The notes: generated from the sequence alone by a model not told the origin. A stretch of DNA of 49,411 nucleotides from Nemertoderma westbladi (GCA_032718475.1 JAUCBJ010002146.1:1-49411), one strand, 5' to 3'. Positions 22,579 through 35,987 are shown, counted from the first letter of the stretch. Numbers and translations: made by a program.

Positions 22579-24029
22579 AATTTGTATTTTGCGCTATTTA
22601 TTTTCGGTTTCATTAAATTAGATAAGCCAATGGAGTGCGTACAACACATGGACAGATGAGTTGGGCCAATCGTAGGGCATTTGATGATTTATTGGTCCAA
22701 TGCGAGCTCATAGAATGTGGTAGAATGTTCTAGTGGATTCCATGCTTAGGATTTCCTATATAAGGCGCCGTTTGCCCTTCGGTTATCACCTTATTACTGT
22801 TACACACTCCTTCACTTCACTTATTGTTACTTCAGTCTTATTCGCTTGGTTATCTTTAATTTGTAAAAGTTTAGTTTAAAATTCGATAAATCTTTGCCAT
22901 TTAAGTTAAGATATACTGCAAACTAAGAACATGTAGCTTTTAGCGTATCTATCTTGAACAGCCAAACGCTTCGGGGAATGGATGCCTAAACCTTTAGGCC
23001 ACAGCAACGCAAGGGGAAGGGATATCCATGACGCATAAAGGTGCCCATACTATCTTCGCCCACGCCCATTTGGAAGCATGCCCGATTGCCTGAACACGCC
23101 CACATCAGAGGAGGTAAGACGCCTTTGCCCGCCGTAAGTTCATTAGATCAGGGTGAAGCGTGACGCCGTCCTGGGACGCCGTAAAATTTAGGACCAAATA
23201 CCTCAGATTCAGACAGGAAAAAACCCGGGTCAACCTGTACCTCTTACAGGTACGAGCTGTTGCTGTTCGTCAGTACGCGCAAGTACACTCAGGTGCGAAT
23301 AGCACGCTCTATAATTTGGTGATTGGCCGTACTAGCGGTACAGTACCGGTTAGCTCTGTAGGCCCTGCAGTTTGACTGACCTGTTTGAGTCCAAAGTATT
23401 TGATCAGGCAAGAGGCAGCTTTCTGCTACCAGCACTCATTTTGGCTGAGGGAGGTTTACTAACAATCTACCGCGCCCTTGCCACGTACTGATAGGTATTT
23501 ACGGGGTAACAAAATTCTAGAATAAAATTACATACCAGATCAGCTAGACGTATGGTAGTAAATTAACACCTATTCACCAATATAACACCTTAGCTCACAA
23601 TCAGAATCTGGTATTAGTGCCGATCGCGGGTGTAGTTACTAACACCGTAATTGCCCGGCTGAGTTGTGAATAAAGGAGGAGAGTGCCCTTTTGACGTCAG
23701 TTTGTAAGTATTGCGCCTACAACGTGCGACTAGTTTATTCGAGTAGCTAGCGCCCGGTATTGTTATTTTGATAAAATCACCAAAACCTAGTACAACAGCG
23801 GTACACCAAAATTATTTTATCGTAACACACACACACACACACGCGTCTTGAGATCTACTGATTTATTGATAGGTTATTATTATTTGTAGAGATATTTGTT
23901 ATTTTTTTTACTCAGGCACCCTTTTGACTGCCTTTTCCTGTGGGCAGTATTGTTCTTACGCTAGTATTGTTGACCCGCTAGCTCGTATTATACCCATCTA
24001 AATCACACCGCGGCAAGTTTACCGCAAGG

Positions 24030-26855
24030 TCGCTCTGGCAATGGAATATAACATCGACATCATCTGCATCCAAGAACATCGGATTTGTCATGAAGACACT
24101 GCCATGAAGTACAATGACATTGGAAATGGATGGACGTTAGTAACAAGCTCAGTAACTCAGCCAATGCATAAATTGGTGGAGTAGGAATTTTGCTAAGCCC
24201 ATTTGCACTTAAGACCCTAAACAACATCGAATCTATAAATTCCAGGGTTATGATCGCAACATTTGATGGGAATCCCAAGGCAACAGTTATATGTTGCTAC
24301 AGTCCAACCAATGCCTCAGAGCCAGAACAAGCAGTCAAGTTTTATGAAGAACTGACTGGACTTATAAAGGACATTCCGAAACACAATGTTAAAGTCATTG
24401 CTGGTGACCTGAATGCCCAAATTGGCCCAGAAGACATCAAGGGTTACACCTATAACACCAGTTCTAACAGAAATGGGTACTTACTTTTAGACCTAATGGA
24501 AGAATGTGAATTGATACCAACAAACAACTCATTCGAAAAGAGTAAGGGGAAGCTATGGACCTTTCAATACCCTAATGGAACCAAAGCACAACTGGATTAC
24601 ATCCTTATAAACAAAAAGTGGAGAAACAGCATGATCAACTGCGAGGCATACAGCTCGTTCAACCTAATTGGTTCGGACCACAGAATTGTGACTGCAGAGA
24701 TCAGACTCAGTTTGAGAACCAGCAAACCCAGGACAAGCAAGCAAATCAAATATGACTGGGAAAAACTCAGAACTGACAATGCTGTAAAGGATGCTTATAC
24801 AGTAGAAGTTCAAAACCGCTTTGAAGCACTTCAGTCAATGGATGAAGACCAATCCACCAATTCAATATACCAGAATATAATAACAGCCCACAAGGAATCA
24901 GCTAAGAGGCATATCCCCCAGAAACCCAAACGAAAACAATATGTACCATGGCAAAACTCTGAGGTTACTTGTAAGAGAGAAGATCTTAAGATAGCCTACA
25001 AAGTTAAAACCAAACAACCAACAACCGAAAACATTAACAAGGTTGAGAAAGCTAAGGACGATCTTAAATTGGCCTACAACATCAGCCAGGAAAAGTACAT
25101 ACAGGATAAAACTGAAGCAATTACAACTGCTCACATACAGCAACAATCAAGACTTAAACCTGGCAAACTGTAAATGAGGTATCTGGTCGGAAAAGTTGTG
25201 CAAAGGGGCGCCTCAAAGCCGATAGTCCTAAAGAACGTGTTGGGAAGTGGAAAAATCACTTCAGCAATTTGCTTGGGCAACCACCAAACATCGAGGTGAG
25301 ACCTACAAGGAAAATATATGACAAGACACTACCTATAGAAACAGGGGACTTCACACCTGCCGAACTCCAAAGAAGCATTAAAAGCATGTCCAATAATAAA
25401 GCGAGTGGATTAGATGAAATCCCAGCGGAGGTATGGAAAACCGGAGTGCTAAACAGACCATTATTGAATGTTTGCAACCGGATGTTAAAAGGGGAAAAGC
25501 CACCACCAATTTGGACTAAAGGTCAACTAAAGCCTCTCCCCAAGAAAGGAGACCTCGGCATACCAACAAACTATCGTGGGATCTGTCTGCTTGTGGTAGC
25601 TGCCAAAATATACAATAAAATGATTCTATATAGGATTAGGCCTCACATAGAGAAACTACTGCGTAAGAGCCAAAACGGATTTCGACCAAGTAGATCAACA
25701 ATAGCTCAGATACTTGCACTACGGAGACTGATTGAAGGAATTAAGTCAAAGAATCTCCCCGCTGTCATGACTTTTGTGGACTTCAAGAAGGCATTCGACT
25801 CCATCCATAGAGGTAAAATGCTTGAAATCCTAAGAGCTTATGGAATACCAGAAGTAATTGTTGCTGGCATTGTATTGTTATATTGTGACACAGAAGCGCA
25901 GGTACTCTCACCAGATGCTGAAACTGAGTTTTTCTCAATCCTGGCTGGCGTACTGCAAGGTGACACATTAGCACCATTACTATTTGTAATTGTGCTGGAT
26001 TACGCAATGAGGACGGCCACAAAGGGTGAAGACCTGGGATTCACACTTCAAGAACGCAGAAGTAGTAGATATCCGGCAACTACAGTCACAGACACCGACT
26101 TTGCGGATGACATCGCCCTGCTCTCTAATACCCTAGCAGATGCACAGCTTCTACTAAATAAAGTGGAGAGGGCTGCTAAGGAGGTTGGATTGCATATAAA
26201 TGCTACAAAGACCGAATTCATGACCTTTAATGTTGATGGAAACTTGACAACCAGTGATAATAATCAACTAAGGAAGGTCGATGACTTCCAGTACCTTGGA
26301 TCATGGATAGAGAGTAGCAAAAAGGACATAGAAGTTAGGAAAGCAAAGGCTAGGGTAGCTCTATCAAAAATGGATACCATCTGGAAATCAGATCTCTCCA
26401 GGCACCTGAAGACTAAGTTCTTTCGAGCCACAGTGGAAAGTGTATTTTTATATGGGGGTGAGACCTGGACACTGACTAAATCACTTGAACAACGAATTGA
26501 TGGTTGCTACACAAGACTACTAAGGGCAGCCCTAAACATCAGCTGGAGACAACACATGACAAACGCCGAGCTTTATGGTACAATACCACCTGTATCAACC
26601 ACCCTCCGTGAACGCAGATTAAGATTCAGTGGGCACCGCTGGCGAAATAAAGACGAGGTCATACCAGATCTACTTTTCTGGCAACCAACTCATGGAAAGC
26701 GTAGTCGTGGACGACCGGCCATAACATATATAGATCAACTTGAAAGGGATACTGAACTTGGGAGAAACGAAATTGCGACAACTATGGAGAATCGGGAAGC
26801 CTGGAAGGATCTCATTTCCACTGTCCGAGTTCGCTCGACCTAGTAGTAGTAGTAG
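24030..26855 (+). mobile_element. RTE-clade LINE, near full-length ORF but disabled, with (TAG)n tail
   Basis: IDIICIQEHR, CYSPTN, AGDLNA, QLDYIL and SDH (APE); NYRGICLL, FVDFKKAFDS, GVLQGDTLAP, FADD and YLGSW (RT); RLRFSGH..GRP. In-frame stop near 24168 and frameshift near 25158. TAGTAGTAGTAGTAG at 26841-26855. Confidence 0.93.
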
Positions 26856-27175
26856 GATTCGCTACGCGAGGATTGTTTTCCCGTGAGTTTGGTCTGTATC
26901 TGTAGACTGTACATCTGCCTCACCGGTTAGAGGCCGGGCATCCTGTTTGTCTCGTTAGCACGGGCATTTGATTCACCCAAGTATTAGAAGAGACATCAGG
27001 CTCCTTTCCTTGCCAGTAGTAGTTTGTGTACTTAGTATCTGTTTATTTAGACACCCTGGACTGGGACTTCTTGTCAGGTACTGTACGAACCCGTGTACAC
27101 TGCTGGATTCTACAGTAAGGTATTTCGTAACTAGGATTCGGTAGGCGGTATGCTACTGGACTTATCATAAATGTT

Positions 27176-28708
27176 TATTGGCGCTTTCATGGCGACTCAC
27201 CTGGATGTACTCTGTGTCACTTGTGAAGCTCTGCGTTATATTGGCGCTTTCATGGCGACTCACCTGGATGTACTCTGTGTCACTTGTGAAGCTCTGCGTT
27301 ATATTGGCGCTCTCATGGCGACTCACCTGGATGTACTCTGTGTCACTTGTGAAGCTCTGCGTTATATTGGCGCTTTCATGGCGACTCACCTGGATGTACT
27401 CTGTGTCACTTGTGAAGCTCTGCGTTATATTGGCGCTCTCATGGCGACTCACCTGGATGTACTCTGTGTCACTTGTGAAGCTCTGCGTTATATTGGCGCT
27501 TTCATGGCGACTCACCTGGATGTACTCTGTGTCACTTGTGAAGCTCTGCGTTATATTGGCGCTTTCATGGCGACTCACCTGGATGTACTCTGTGTCACTT
27601 GTGAAGCTCTGCGTTATATTGGCGCTCTCATGGCGACTCACCTGGATGTACTCTGTGTCACTTGTGAAGCTCTGCGTTATATTGGCGCTTTCATGGCGAC
27701 TCACCTGGATGTACTCTGTGTCACTTGTGAAGCTCTGCGTTATATTGGCGCTTTCATGGCGACTCACCTGGATGTACTCTGTGTCACTTGTGAAGCTCTG
27801 CGTTATATTGGCGCTTTCATGGCGACTCACCTGGATGTACTCTGTGTCACTTGTGAAGCTCTGCGTTATATTGGCGCTCTCATGGCGACTCACCTGGATG
27901 TACTCTGTGTCACTTGTGAAGCTCTGCGTTATAACTCTGTTTATTAGCGCTTTCATGGCGACTCACCTGGATGTACTCTGTGTCACTTGTGAAGCTCTGC
28001 GTTATATTGGCGCTCTCATGGCGACTCACCTGGATGTACTCTGTGTCACTTGTGAAGCTCTGCGTTATAACTCTGTTTATTGGCGCTCTCATGGCGACTC
28101 ACCTGGATGTACTCTGTGTCACTTGTGAAGCTCTGCGTTATATTGGCGCTCTCATGGCGACTCACCTGGATGTACTCTGTGTCACTTGTGAAGCTCTGCG
28201 TTATATTGGCGCTTTCATGGCGACTCACCTGGATGTACTCTGTGTCACTTGTGAAGCTCTGCGTTATATTGGCGCTTTCATGGCGACTCACCTGGATGTA
28301 CTCTGTGTCACTTGTGAAGCTCTGCGTTATATTGGCGCTTTCATGGCGACTCACCTGGATGTACTCTGTGTCACTTGTGAAGCTCTGCGTTATATTGGCG
28401 CTTTCATGGCGACTCACCTGGATGTACTCTGTGTCACTTGTGAAGCTCTGCGTTATATTGGCGCTTTCATGGCGACTCACCTGGATGTACTCTGTGTCAC
28501 TTGTGAAGCTCTGCGTTATATTGGCGCTTTCATGGCGACTCACCTGGATGTACTCTGTGTCACTTGTGAAGCTCTGCGTTATATTGGCGCTTTCATGGCG
28601 ACTCACCTGGATGTACTCTGTGTCACTTGTGAAGCTCTGCGTTATATTGGCGCTTTCATGGCGACTCACCTGGATGTACTCTGTGTCACTTGTGAAGCTC
28701 TGCGTTAT
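27176..28708 (-). repeat. 63-bp minisatellite, 24 copies, unit = last 39 nt of aminopeptidase exon 13 + 24 nt of intron including GTGAGT
   Basis: The - strand unit is ATAACGCAGAGCTTCACAAGTGACACAGAGTACATCCAG|GTGAGTCGCCATGAAAGCGCCAAT. Two 73-bp variant units. Confidence 0.96.
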
Positions 28709-28883
28709 AACTCTGAGTCGCTTTATCATATGGAATTCCGATAGATTCTCTATTAATATATCCCAATGGAGTGTTAGGAAGTTCCAGAACATAACGGCCC
28801 CTGTTGGGGTGTCTGCTAACGGTAAGATGTAATCCATGTGCGATGGTAGAATTACAGATGAGTTTAATGACAACTCTAATAAC
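28670..28883 (-). CDS. M1 aminopeptidase exon 13
   Basis: Acceptor ttttAG. (R)LLELSLNSSVILPSHMDYILPLADTPTGAVMFWNFLTLHWD..ITQSFTSDTEYIQ. Donor CAG|GTGAGT (first of 24). Confidence 0.85.
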
Positions 28884-29260
28884 CTAAAACATTAAATTAT
28901 AGAGTTTTTAGTTAATAAATATTTATTATTCACAAGTTAAATTAAATAAAATAGAAAAGTATCCGCGCTTTCCATTTACATAAAAAGTTTAAAGAAATCA
29001 AACCAAATTGACTCCTTCTTTCACAAACAAGTTTCATATGCAGTTGTTATCCAACCATTAGAGTGTCGGTTTGTAACAATTTTTAAATAAAACTGTGCCT
29101 CTTCATACACATACCTGTTATATTGTTATGTATCTTACGGTGATCTGATTCTCGTGTCTTTACTTATACTCACTAACTACCTCCGTTCGTGAAACATGGT
29201 TAATATTTTAATGTGATATTGCATAATTGAAGCAATATTGTTTTTTAATAATAACCTAAC

Positions 29261-29413
29261 CTAATAATATTCCAGGGGTTTTCAGTGCAAGACAGGCCGT
29301 ATAACATATCGGCTTTGTCTTGAGGGTCATCTGCGTTGAGATATAGTTGGAGCAACCTTTCCCATGCGTCATGTATCTTTGACCACTTTGTGCCGTAGCA
29401 AAGAATTACTTTT
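29261..29413 (-). CDS. M1 aminopeptidase exon 12
   Basis: (R)KVILCYGTKW..AWERLLQLY..DKADMLYGLSCTENPWNII, ERAP1-like C-terminal domain. AG/GT ends and phases are consistent. Confidence 0.88.
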
Positions 29414-29616
29414 CTAAAGAAAACATTAATCATGAAATTATACTGACATTTACCGAGGTTGTCGGTTGATGCGTTAAAAATTATTTATGGCCTAATTTTA
29501 AGTGTCGTCAGTGTTAGTGTCTGTTAATTTTCAGTTTTAAGTTTTCTTGAGAACCTCACCCACCCCCCCCCCCCCCCCCCTACCCCCCACCCATCCATCC
29601 CACCCACTAGACTCAC

Positions 29617-29756
29617 CTAAAGTTATTGACAGGTTGACCTTGAAGGAATTTATCGTGTTGGTTAGTACAATGTTCAATGCAGTAGGATTGTTCGTACTGA
29701 CAAGCCATGTTCACAAACACATCTTGTAACTCTTCCTCTATATATCTGTTGCGTTC
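29617..29756 (-). CDS. M1 aminopeptidase exon 11
   Basis: Acceptor ttttacAG. ERNRYIEEELQDVFVNMACQYEQSYCIEHCTNQHDKF... Donor AG|GTGAGT. Phases 0/2 fit the neighbouring exons. Confidence 0.82.
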
Positions 29757-30429
29757 CTGTAAAATGATATGATGCGTTTTATTAATGTTAAATGTATTAT
29801 ATTATGCTGTGACGGGATCCTTAAGTTGGCAGTCTGGATCCCGACCGGTGTGTTGTTTGGGTTATACGCGTCGCCGCGTCCGTAGGCTGCTGAAAGGCTG
29901 ATGTCTGAATCTAGAAGGCCGAAGGCCGTTTGAATAACCGAGTTTTGGTGGCAGTTGTTCGTAATGTCAGAATGTAATAATAGCACAATCAGAATATAAT
30001 AGCACGGTAATGACGACGGTTAAAAACCGTTCCGGTCCCACAACTCTACACATACCAACTGAATCATAAGCAATAAATAAAACGGTTATATTACTAACAC
30101 ATTGGTTATTCCTAATGCTCTAAGTGGCCTGGATGCGCTTCAATCACATGGTTTCCTGTCCCATCATTGGCTAACCTATAAATCTCTACTTTGGCACTCC
30201 CTGTTGCCACCATCCCTTGCCGCTAGCCCCTTTGTCCCCTTGAGATGGCTTATGGCCTCTCAACTCGGCTCGTGGTTGATTGCCTAAGTAGGTTATTAGG
30301 TGACATTATATTTGTAATGTCACCTTCCCAACTATAATTGTTAAAAGCCACTATCCCCATTTTCCACTGGGTAGTGCAGGGAATTGAATCCGCTTACATA
30401 TGCTCATGGACTAAAAAACTTCCAGATCG

Positions 30430-32838
30430 TGTAAAACTTACATTAAAACCAAACAGACCAATCTGTAGAACTTACATTAAACCAAACATACCAATCTGTA
30501 AAACTTATAGAACCAAACAAACCAATCTGTAGAACCTACATTAAACCAAACATACCAATCTGTAGAACTTACATTAAAACCAAACAAACCAATCTGTAGA
30601 ACTTACATTAAACCAAACATACCAATCTGTAGAACTTACATTAAACCAAACATACCAATCTGTAAAACTTACATTAGAACCAAACAAACCAATCTGTAGA
30701 ACTTACATTAAACCAAACATACCAATCTGTAGAACTTACATTAAACCAAACATACCAATCTGTAGAACTTACATTAAAACCAAACATACCAATCTGTAGA
30801 ACTTACATTAAACCAAACATACCAATCTGTAGAACTTACATTAAACCAAACATACCAATCTGTAGAACTTACATTAAATCCAAACATACCAATCTGTAGA
30901 ACTTACATTAAACCAAACAAACCAATCTGTAAAACTTACATTAAACCAAACATACCAATCTGTAGAACTTACATTAAACCAAACATACCAATCTGTAGAA
31001 CTTACATTAAACCAAACAAACCAATCTGTAAAACTTACATTAAACCAAACATACCAATCTGTAGAACTTACATTAAACCAAACATACCAATCTGTAGAAC
31101 TTACATTAAACCAAACATACCAATCTGTAGCAACTTACATTAAACCAAACATACCAATCTGTAGAACTTACATTAAACCAAACATACCAATCTGTAGAAC
31201 TTACATTAAACCAAACATACCAATCTGTAGAACTTACATTAAACCAAACATACCAATCTGTAGAACTTACATTAAACCAAACATACCAATCTGTAGAACT
31301 TACATTAAACCAAACATACCAATCTGTAGAACTTACATTAAACCAAACAAACCAATCTGTAAAACTTACATTAAACCAAACATACCAATCTGTAGAACTT
31401 ACATTAAACCAAACATACCAATCTGTAGAACTTACATTAAACCAAACAAACCAATCTGTAAAACTTACATTAAACCAAACATACCAATCTGTAGAACTTA
31501 CATTAAAACCAAACAAACCAATCTGTAGAACTTACATTAAACCAAACATACTACCAATCTGTAGAACTTACATTAAACCAAACATACCAATCTGTAGAAC
31601 TTACATTAAACCAAACATACCAATCTGTAGAACTTACATTAAACCAAACAAACCAATCTGTAAAACTTACATTAAACCAAACATACCAATCTGTAGAACT
31701 TACATTAAACCAAACATACCAATCTCTAGAACTTACATTAAAACCAAACAAACCAATCTGTAGAACTTACATTAAACCAAACATACTACCAATCTGTAGA
31801 ACTTACATTAAACCAAACATACCAATCTGTAGAACTTACATTAAACCAAACATACCAATCTGTAGAACTTACATTAAACCAAACAAACCAATCTGTAAAA
31901 CTTACATTAAACCAAACATACCAATCTGTAGAACTTACATTAAACCAAACATACCAATCTGTAGAACTTACATTAAACCAAACAAACCAATCTGTAAAAC
32001 TTACATTAAACCAAACATACCAATCTGTAGAACTTACATTAAAACCAAACAAACCAATCTGTAGAACTTACATTAAACCAAACATACCAATCTGTAGAAC
32101 TTACATTAAACCAAACATACCAATCTGTAGAACTTACATTAAAATCAAACATACCAATCTGTAGAACTTACATTAAACCAAACAAACCAATCTGTAAAAC
32201 TTACATTAAACCAAACATACCAATCTGTAGAACTTACATTAAAACCAAACAAACCAATCTGTAGAGCTTACATTAAACCAAACATACCAATCTGTAGAAC
32301 TTACATTAAACCAAACATACCAATCTGTAGAACTTACATTAAACCAAACAAACCAATCTGTAGAACTTACATTAAACCAAACATACCAATCTGTAGAACT
32401 TACATTAAACCAAACATACCATCTGTAAAACTTACATTAAACCAAACAAACCAATCTGTAGAACTTACATTAAACCAAACATACCAATCTGTAGAACTTA
32501 CATTAAACCAAACGTACCAATCTGTAGAACTTACATTAAACCAAACATACCAATCTGTAGAACTTACATTAAACCAAACAAACCAATCTGTAGAACTTAC
32601 ATTAAACCAAACGTACCAATCTGTAGAACTTACATTAAACCAAACATACCATCTGTAAAACTTACATTAAACCAAACAAACCAATCTGTAGAACTTACAT
32701 TAAACCAAACATACCAATCTGTAGAACTTACATTAAACCAAACGTACCAATCTGTAGAACTTACATTAAACCAAACATACCAATCTGTAGAACTTACATT
32801 AAACCAAACAAACCAATCTGTAGAACTTACATTAAACC
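30430..32838 (-). repeat. 33-bp minisatellite, ~73 copies, unit = last 8 nt of exon 10 + 25 nt of intron including GTAAGT
   Basis: The - strand unit is GGTTTAAT|GTAAGTTCTACAGATTGGTATGTTT. Confidence 0.96.
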
Positions 32839-33045
32839 CATTCTCAGTGAATCCATTGGTTACTAAACTCTGTGCGAACGCATTCCATCTAGCGGAGAGT
32901 CTAGTACCGGTAAGTACTCGGTGTATGTAATCCCATTCTGTGCGCGCCACCTTCCATACCAGTAACCCTTCATCATCATTGTCTGACTGTAAGCTTTCAA
33001 CCTTCCTAGATAGTTCGATAGCCGTTCCGATATTCAGTTGCCCCC
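32831..33045 (-). CDS. M1 aminopeptidase exon 10
   Basis: GGQLNIGTAIELSRKV..LVWKVARTEWDYIHRVL..FTENGFN. Donor AAT|GTAAGT at the start of the 33-bp array. Confidence 0.85.
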
Positions 33046-34527
33046 CTAGATAATTTCAAAAAGATTAAAAAAATATAAACGCAAAGTTCTTGTGTAAAAT
33101 AAAGCGGAACAAAATACATTATTTACTCCTTTCCGCAGTCGCCCATTCACCCGCAACTCGTTGGGTATGTGACCCGCATAGCAGCAACCGACCTCATCGT
33201 GGATTCGATAAACAAGATTCGCTAAACTTCAAAACATTAAAAATATTAATAACTATAGATAATGACTGTAAAAGGTTCTAATGCCACGGTTAAGAAGAGA
33301 CAGTTTCTATTTATATGGCCATTTTATCCTCACGGACGTCTTCAGTAAATAAATTTCAAAAAAAAATTGTTTTATTATATATAATAATTATGTTTTAGTT
33401 TTATTGTTGTATTTATTTTAATATATTTCCCACGAACGGCATAATTTCGTTAAAAATATTGATGACCTACTGTTCCTTATATTGCAGTGGGTTCAATATA
33501 TACAAAAGTGACCAAAACATACAAAAAAGATAGAACAAGATGTAATTTCATTTCTACTGAATGAAATCTCATGAAATAAAATGTTACATAAATTTTGCTT
33601 GATATCGTCAAAAACCACGGAAAACGTGATGTTTTGACAAAAAAAAATGATTATGAGCAGTTAAATAAGGAGCTCAAGTTTCTATCTGATAGTCAATAAA
33701 AGTTAATATGTTATATATACCAAATGAGACTATAAATTTTAAGAAACATCATAGTCTGTAGATGTATTGTTAGCATATAGGAGATCCTGGAACATTTTGT
33801 TTTCTAGTACACCACTAAAAATGTCCCCAATGGCAAAAATTTAATAACGGCAATTGTGGTTACAGGCACACCTTGGCAATTTTTTTTAAGAATCTGTAAT
33901 TACTCAGCTGTAACACACAAAAACAATTATATAAATTTATCGAAAACTTTTGAAGATATGTGGGTTTGAAGAGCCTCAGATCGGGAGGGAAAACCATAAA
34001 CTGTCCCCTCCTGTAACCAACGTTAAAGCTGATAGAATCGCATATAATTGGTACCTCGGTAAAACAATTACAGTTCTGAAATCGTCCTTAAAAATGCCTT
34101 CAATTGATGTATAATATATATTTAATTAACAAAATAACTAAATATTTATAACAAAATATATAATTGATTTATAATGGGTGTTTGGCCTTGTCAGTCGTAC
34201 CATAAAACGTCCCCCCATCTGTAACCGCCTTGTAACCAGGCTCTCATTACATTTACATGGAAGGATACAGGCAAGGAAGTGTCCCACGCTTGTAACCAAT
34301 TATCCTATTAAAATAATGGTTACAGGCAGTGGACAAGAATGGACAAGCAGTATTTTTTTTTTACAGATCATATTTAAGGTCGGCCAATATTCGCATTGAA
34401 TTCTACGGACTCTCAGCTTTCAGAATATATATCATATGTTGAGTTTTGAGAAACTTTATTTTTTACAAAAAAATGGCCACTTTTTTTCCCCAGTGGTTTA
34501 ATTAAATATCGTGAATTCGCGGATTAC

Positions 34528-34634
34528 CTTTAGCTAGGTTGAACGCGTCTGAGAGTAAGCCAGCCTGCTCCATAGATGGGAACGAATCGAAGTTCTGAGT
34601 GATAATGGACCAGCTACTTTGGTCGTAATTTACC
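34528..34634 (-). CDS. M1 aminopeptidase exon 9
   Basis: RVNYDQSSW..EQAGLLSDAFNLAK, the conserved RVNYD and DAFNLA motifs. Confidence 0.92.
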
Positions 34635-34779
34635 CTGTTTAAGAAAAATAACAAAATCAGAATTAGAAATGAATGTATTTCTCGAAACATTTATCACGAA
34701 CCTTGATATGGATTTGGGGGTCCTATCTCAAAATCAAATCATCTACTGTAATTATATAATTAGCTAATATTCAACTAAC

Positions 34780-35010
34780 CTGTATAGAGCAGTTCTCCCA
34801 ATGTTAAAGATCAACCAATGATTCAACGGTATGTTATTACCAATAAACAGCTTCATACTGGGCTGGTCTGCAGACAACCAGGTCGTGTTGCTCTCACTAC
34901 AATTAAACTCATTGTGTCGCTGGGCCGTCCAGAATACAGGAATATACCAAGTCTTAGTCGAGGTCGAGTTGAGATAAACAAACTGCGACTGGGTGATCAT
35001 AACATGATGT
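34780..35010 (-). CDS. M1 aminopeptidase exon 8
   Basis: HHVMITQSQF..TWYIPVFW..WLIFNIGRTALY(R). AG/GT ends in phase. Confidence 0.9.
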
Positions 35011-35346
35011 CTGAAACATTATACTACTTTATGAACAACAACAGTAGTGGTGGGGGTTCGTGACTACAACTAAAAGGCTGTGTAAACGCTACGGCTACAA
35101 CAGACAGCCGACAACAACTACCAACAACCGTTACTATGAACAAGGTTAGAACAACCTGCCGCTATAACCTCCTTCTTTCCATTAACGCTAAGAGCGGGCG
35201 ACAGTTGATTGTGTCGTATTGTTGACGCATACTAACTCTTGTACCGGTATACTACCTCATTAGAAATGTCAGTACAGCTCAGAATTGTGACTGAGGTTGA
35301 TCCACTAAGCTTTCTGTATGTCTCACAAAGGAACTAGCAAACTTAC

Positions 35347-35513
35347 CCGTCACTCAATCTGGTTACATTTAGCACCGGATATCCACTCTGGGTAGCCCAC
35401 AATCTCATCATGGTATCCAATGGAGCTGGGAAGGGAGCCATCGTCGCATTCGCTATCTCCACCTCCATGGCTCGCCACAACCCCGAGCTCTTTGTGCTTT
35501 CGTATTCGTTCAG
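35347..35513 (-). CDS. M1 aminopeptidase exon 7
   Basis: LNEYESTKSSGLWRAM..DTMMRLWATQSGYPVLNVTR, the conserved W-x-x-Q-x-GYPV motif. Ends tttgcAG and GTAAGT. Confidence 0.9.
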
Positions 35514-35987
35514 CTGCAAAACAAAGTGTATTGGATTACCAATATATTTTACCCGACCGAATTTATTAATTATTTAACAGATATTCACATGTCGATCTTC
35601 ATCACCTACCAGTAGACAAGAGGTCTAGATACTCGAATGGTATAAAAAAACAAAAAACCCTGTTAAAAATCAAAGCGCTCTAAGTGTAGGAAACCTGGAT
35701 GCTATATAAGGATAACTCTGTAATGAATCCACGAGTAATTAAGGGATAACCAACCATGCAACCAACCTTCTCTCTCGTTTACTAAACGCCAATCCTTCGC
35801 AATCATTGGCTGCTTGCAGAACCTAAACAACTTTCAGTTTGTACTCGATGAATATTTCGTATGAAAATCATCCGGTTGGCCACATACGGTTTCTCAGAGA
35901 TTGGACTTTATCTACATTATCTCAATTAAATAAACTAAAGGGACTCGATAAAATCAAATCTCTTTTCGTAAAAAAGAATCTTCAATA

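Noticed and set aside
29808-30305. Solo LTR (TGTGAC...GTGACA)
   Set aside because: The termini are suggestive, but the flanks (ATGC vs TTAT) give no target-site duplication and there is no second copy to compare.
33290-34500. Non-autonomous DNA transposon in intron 9
   Set aside because: The composition looks MITE-like, but no convincing terminal inverted repeats or TSD could be defined by eye.
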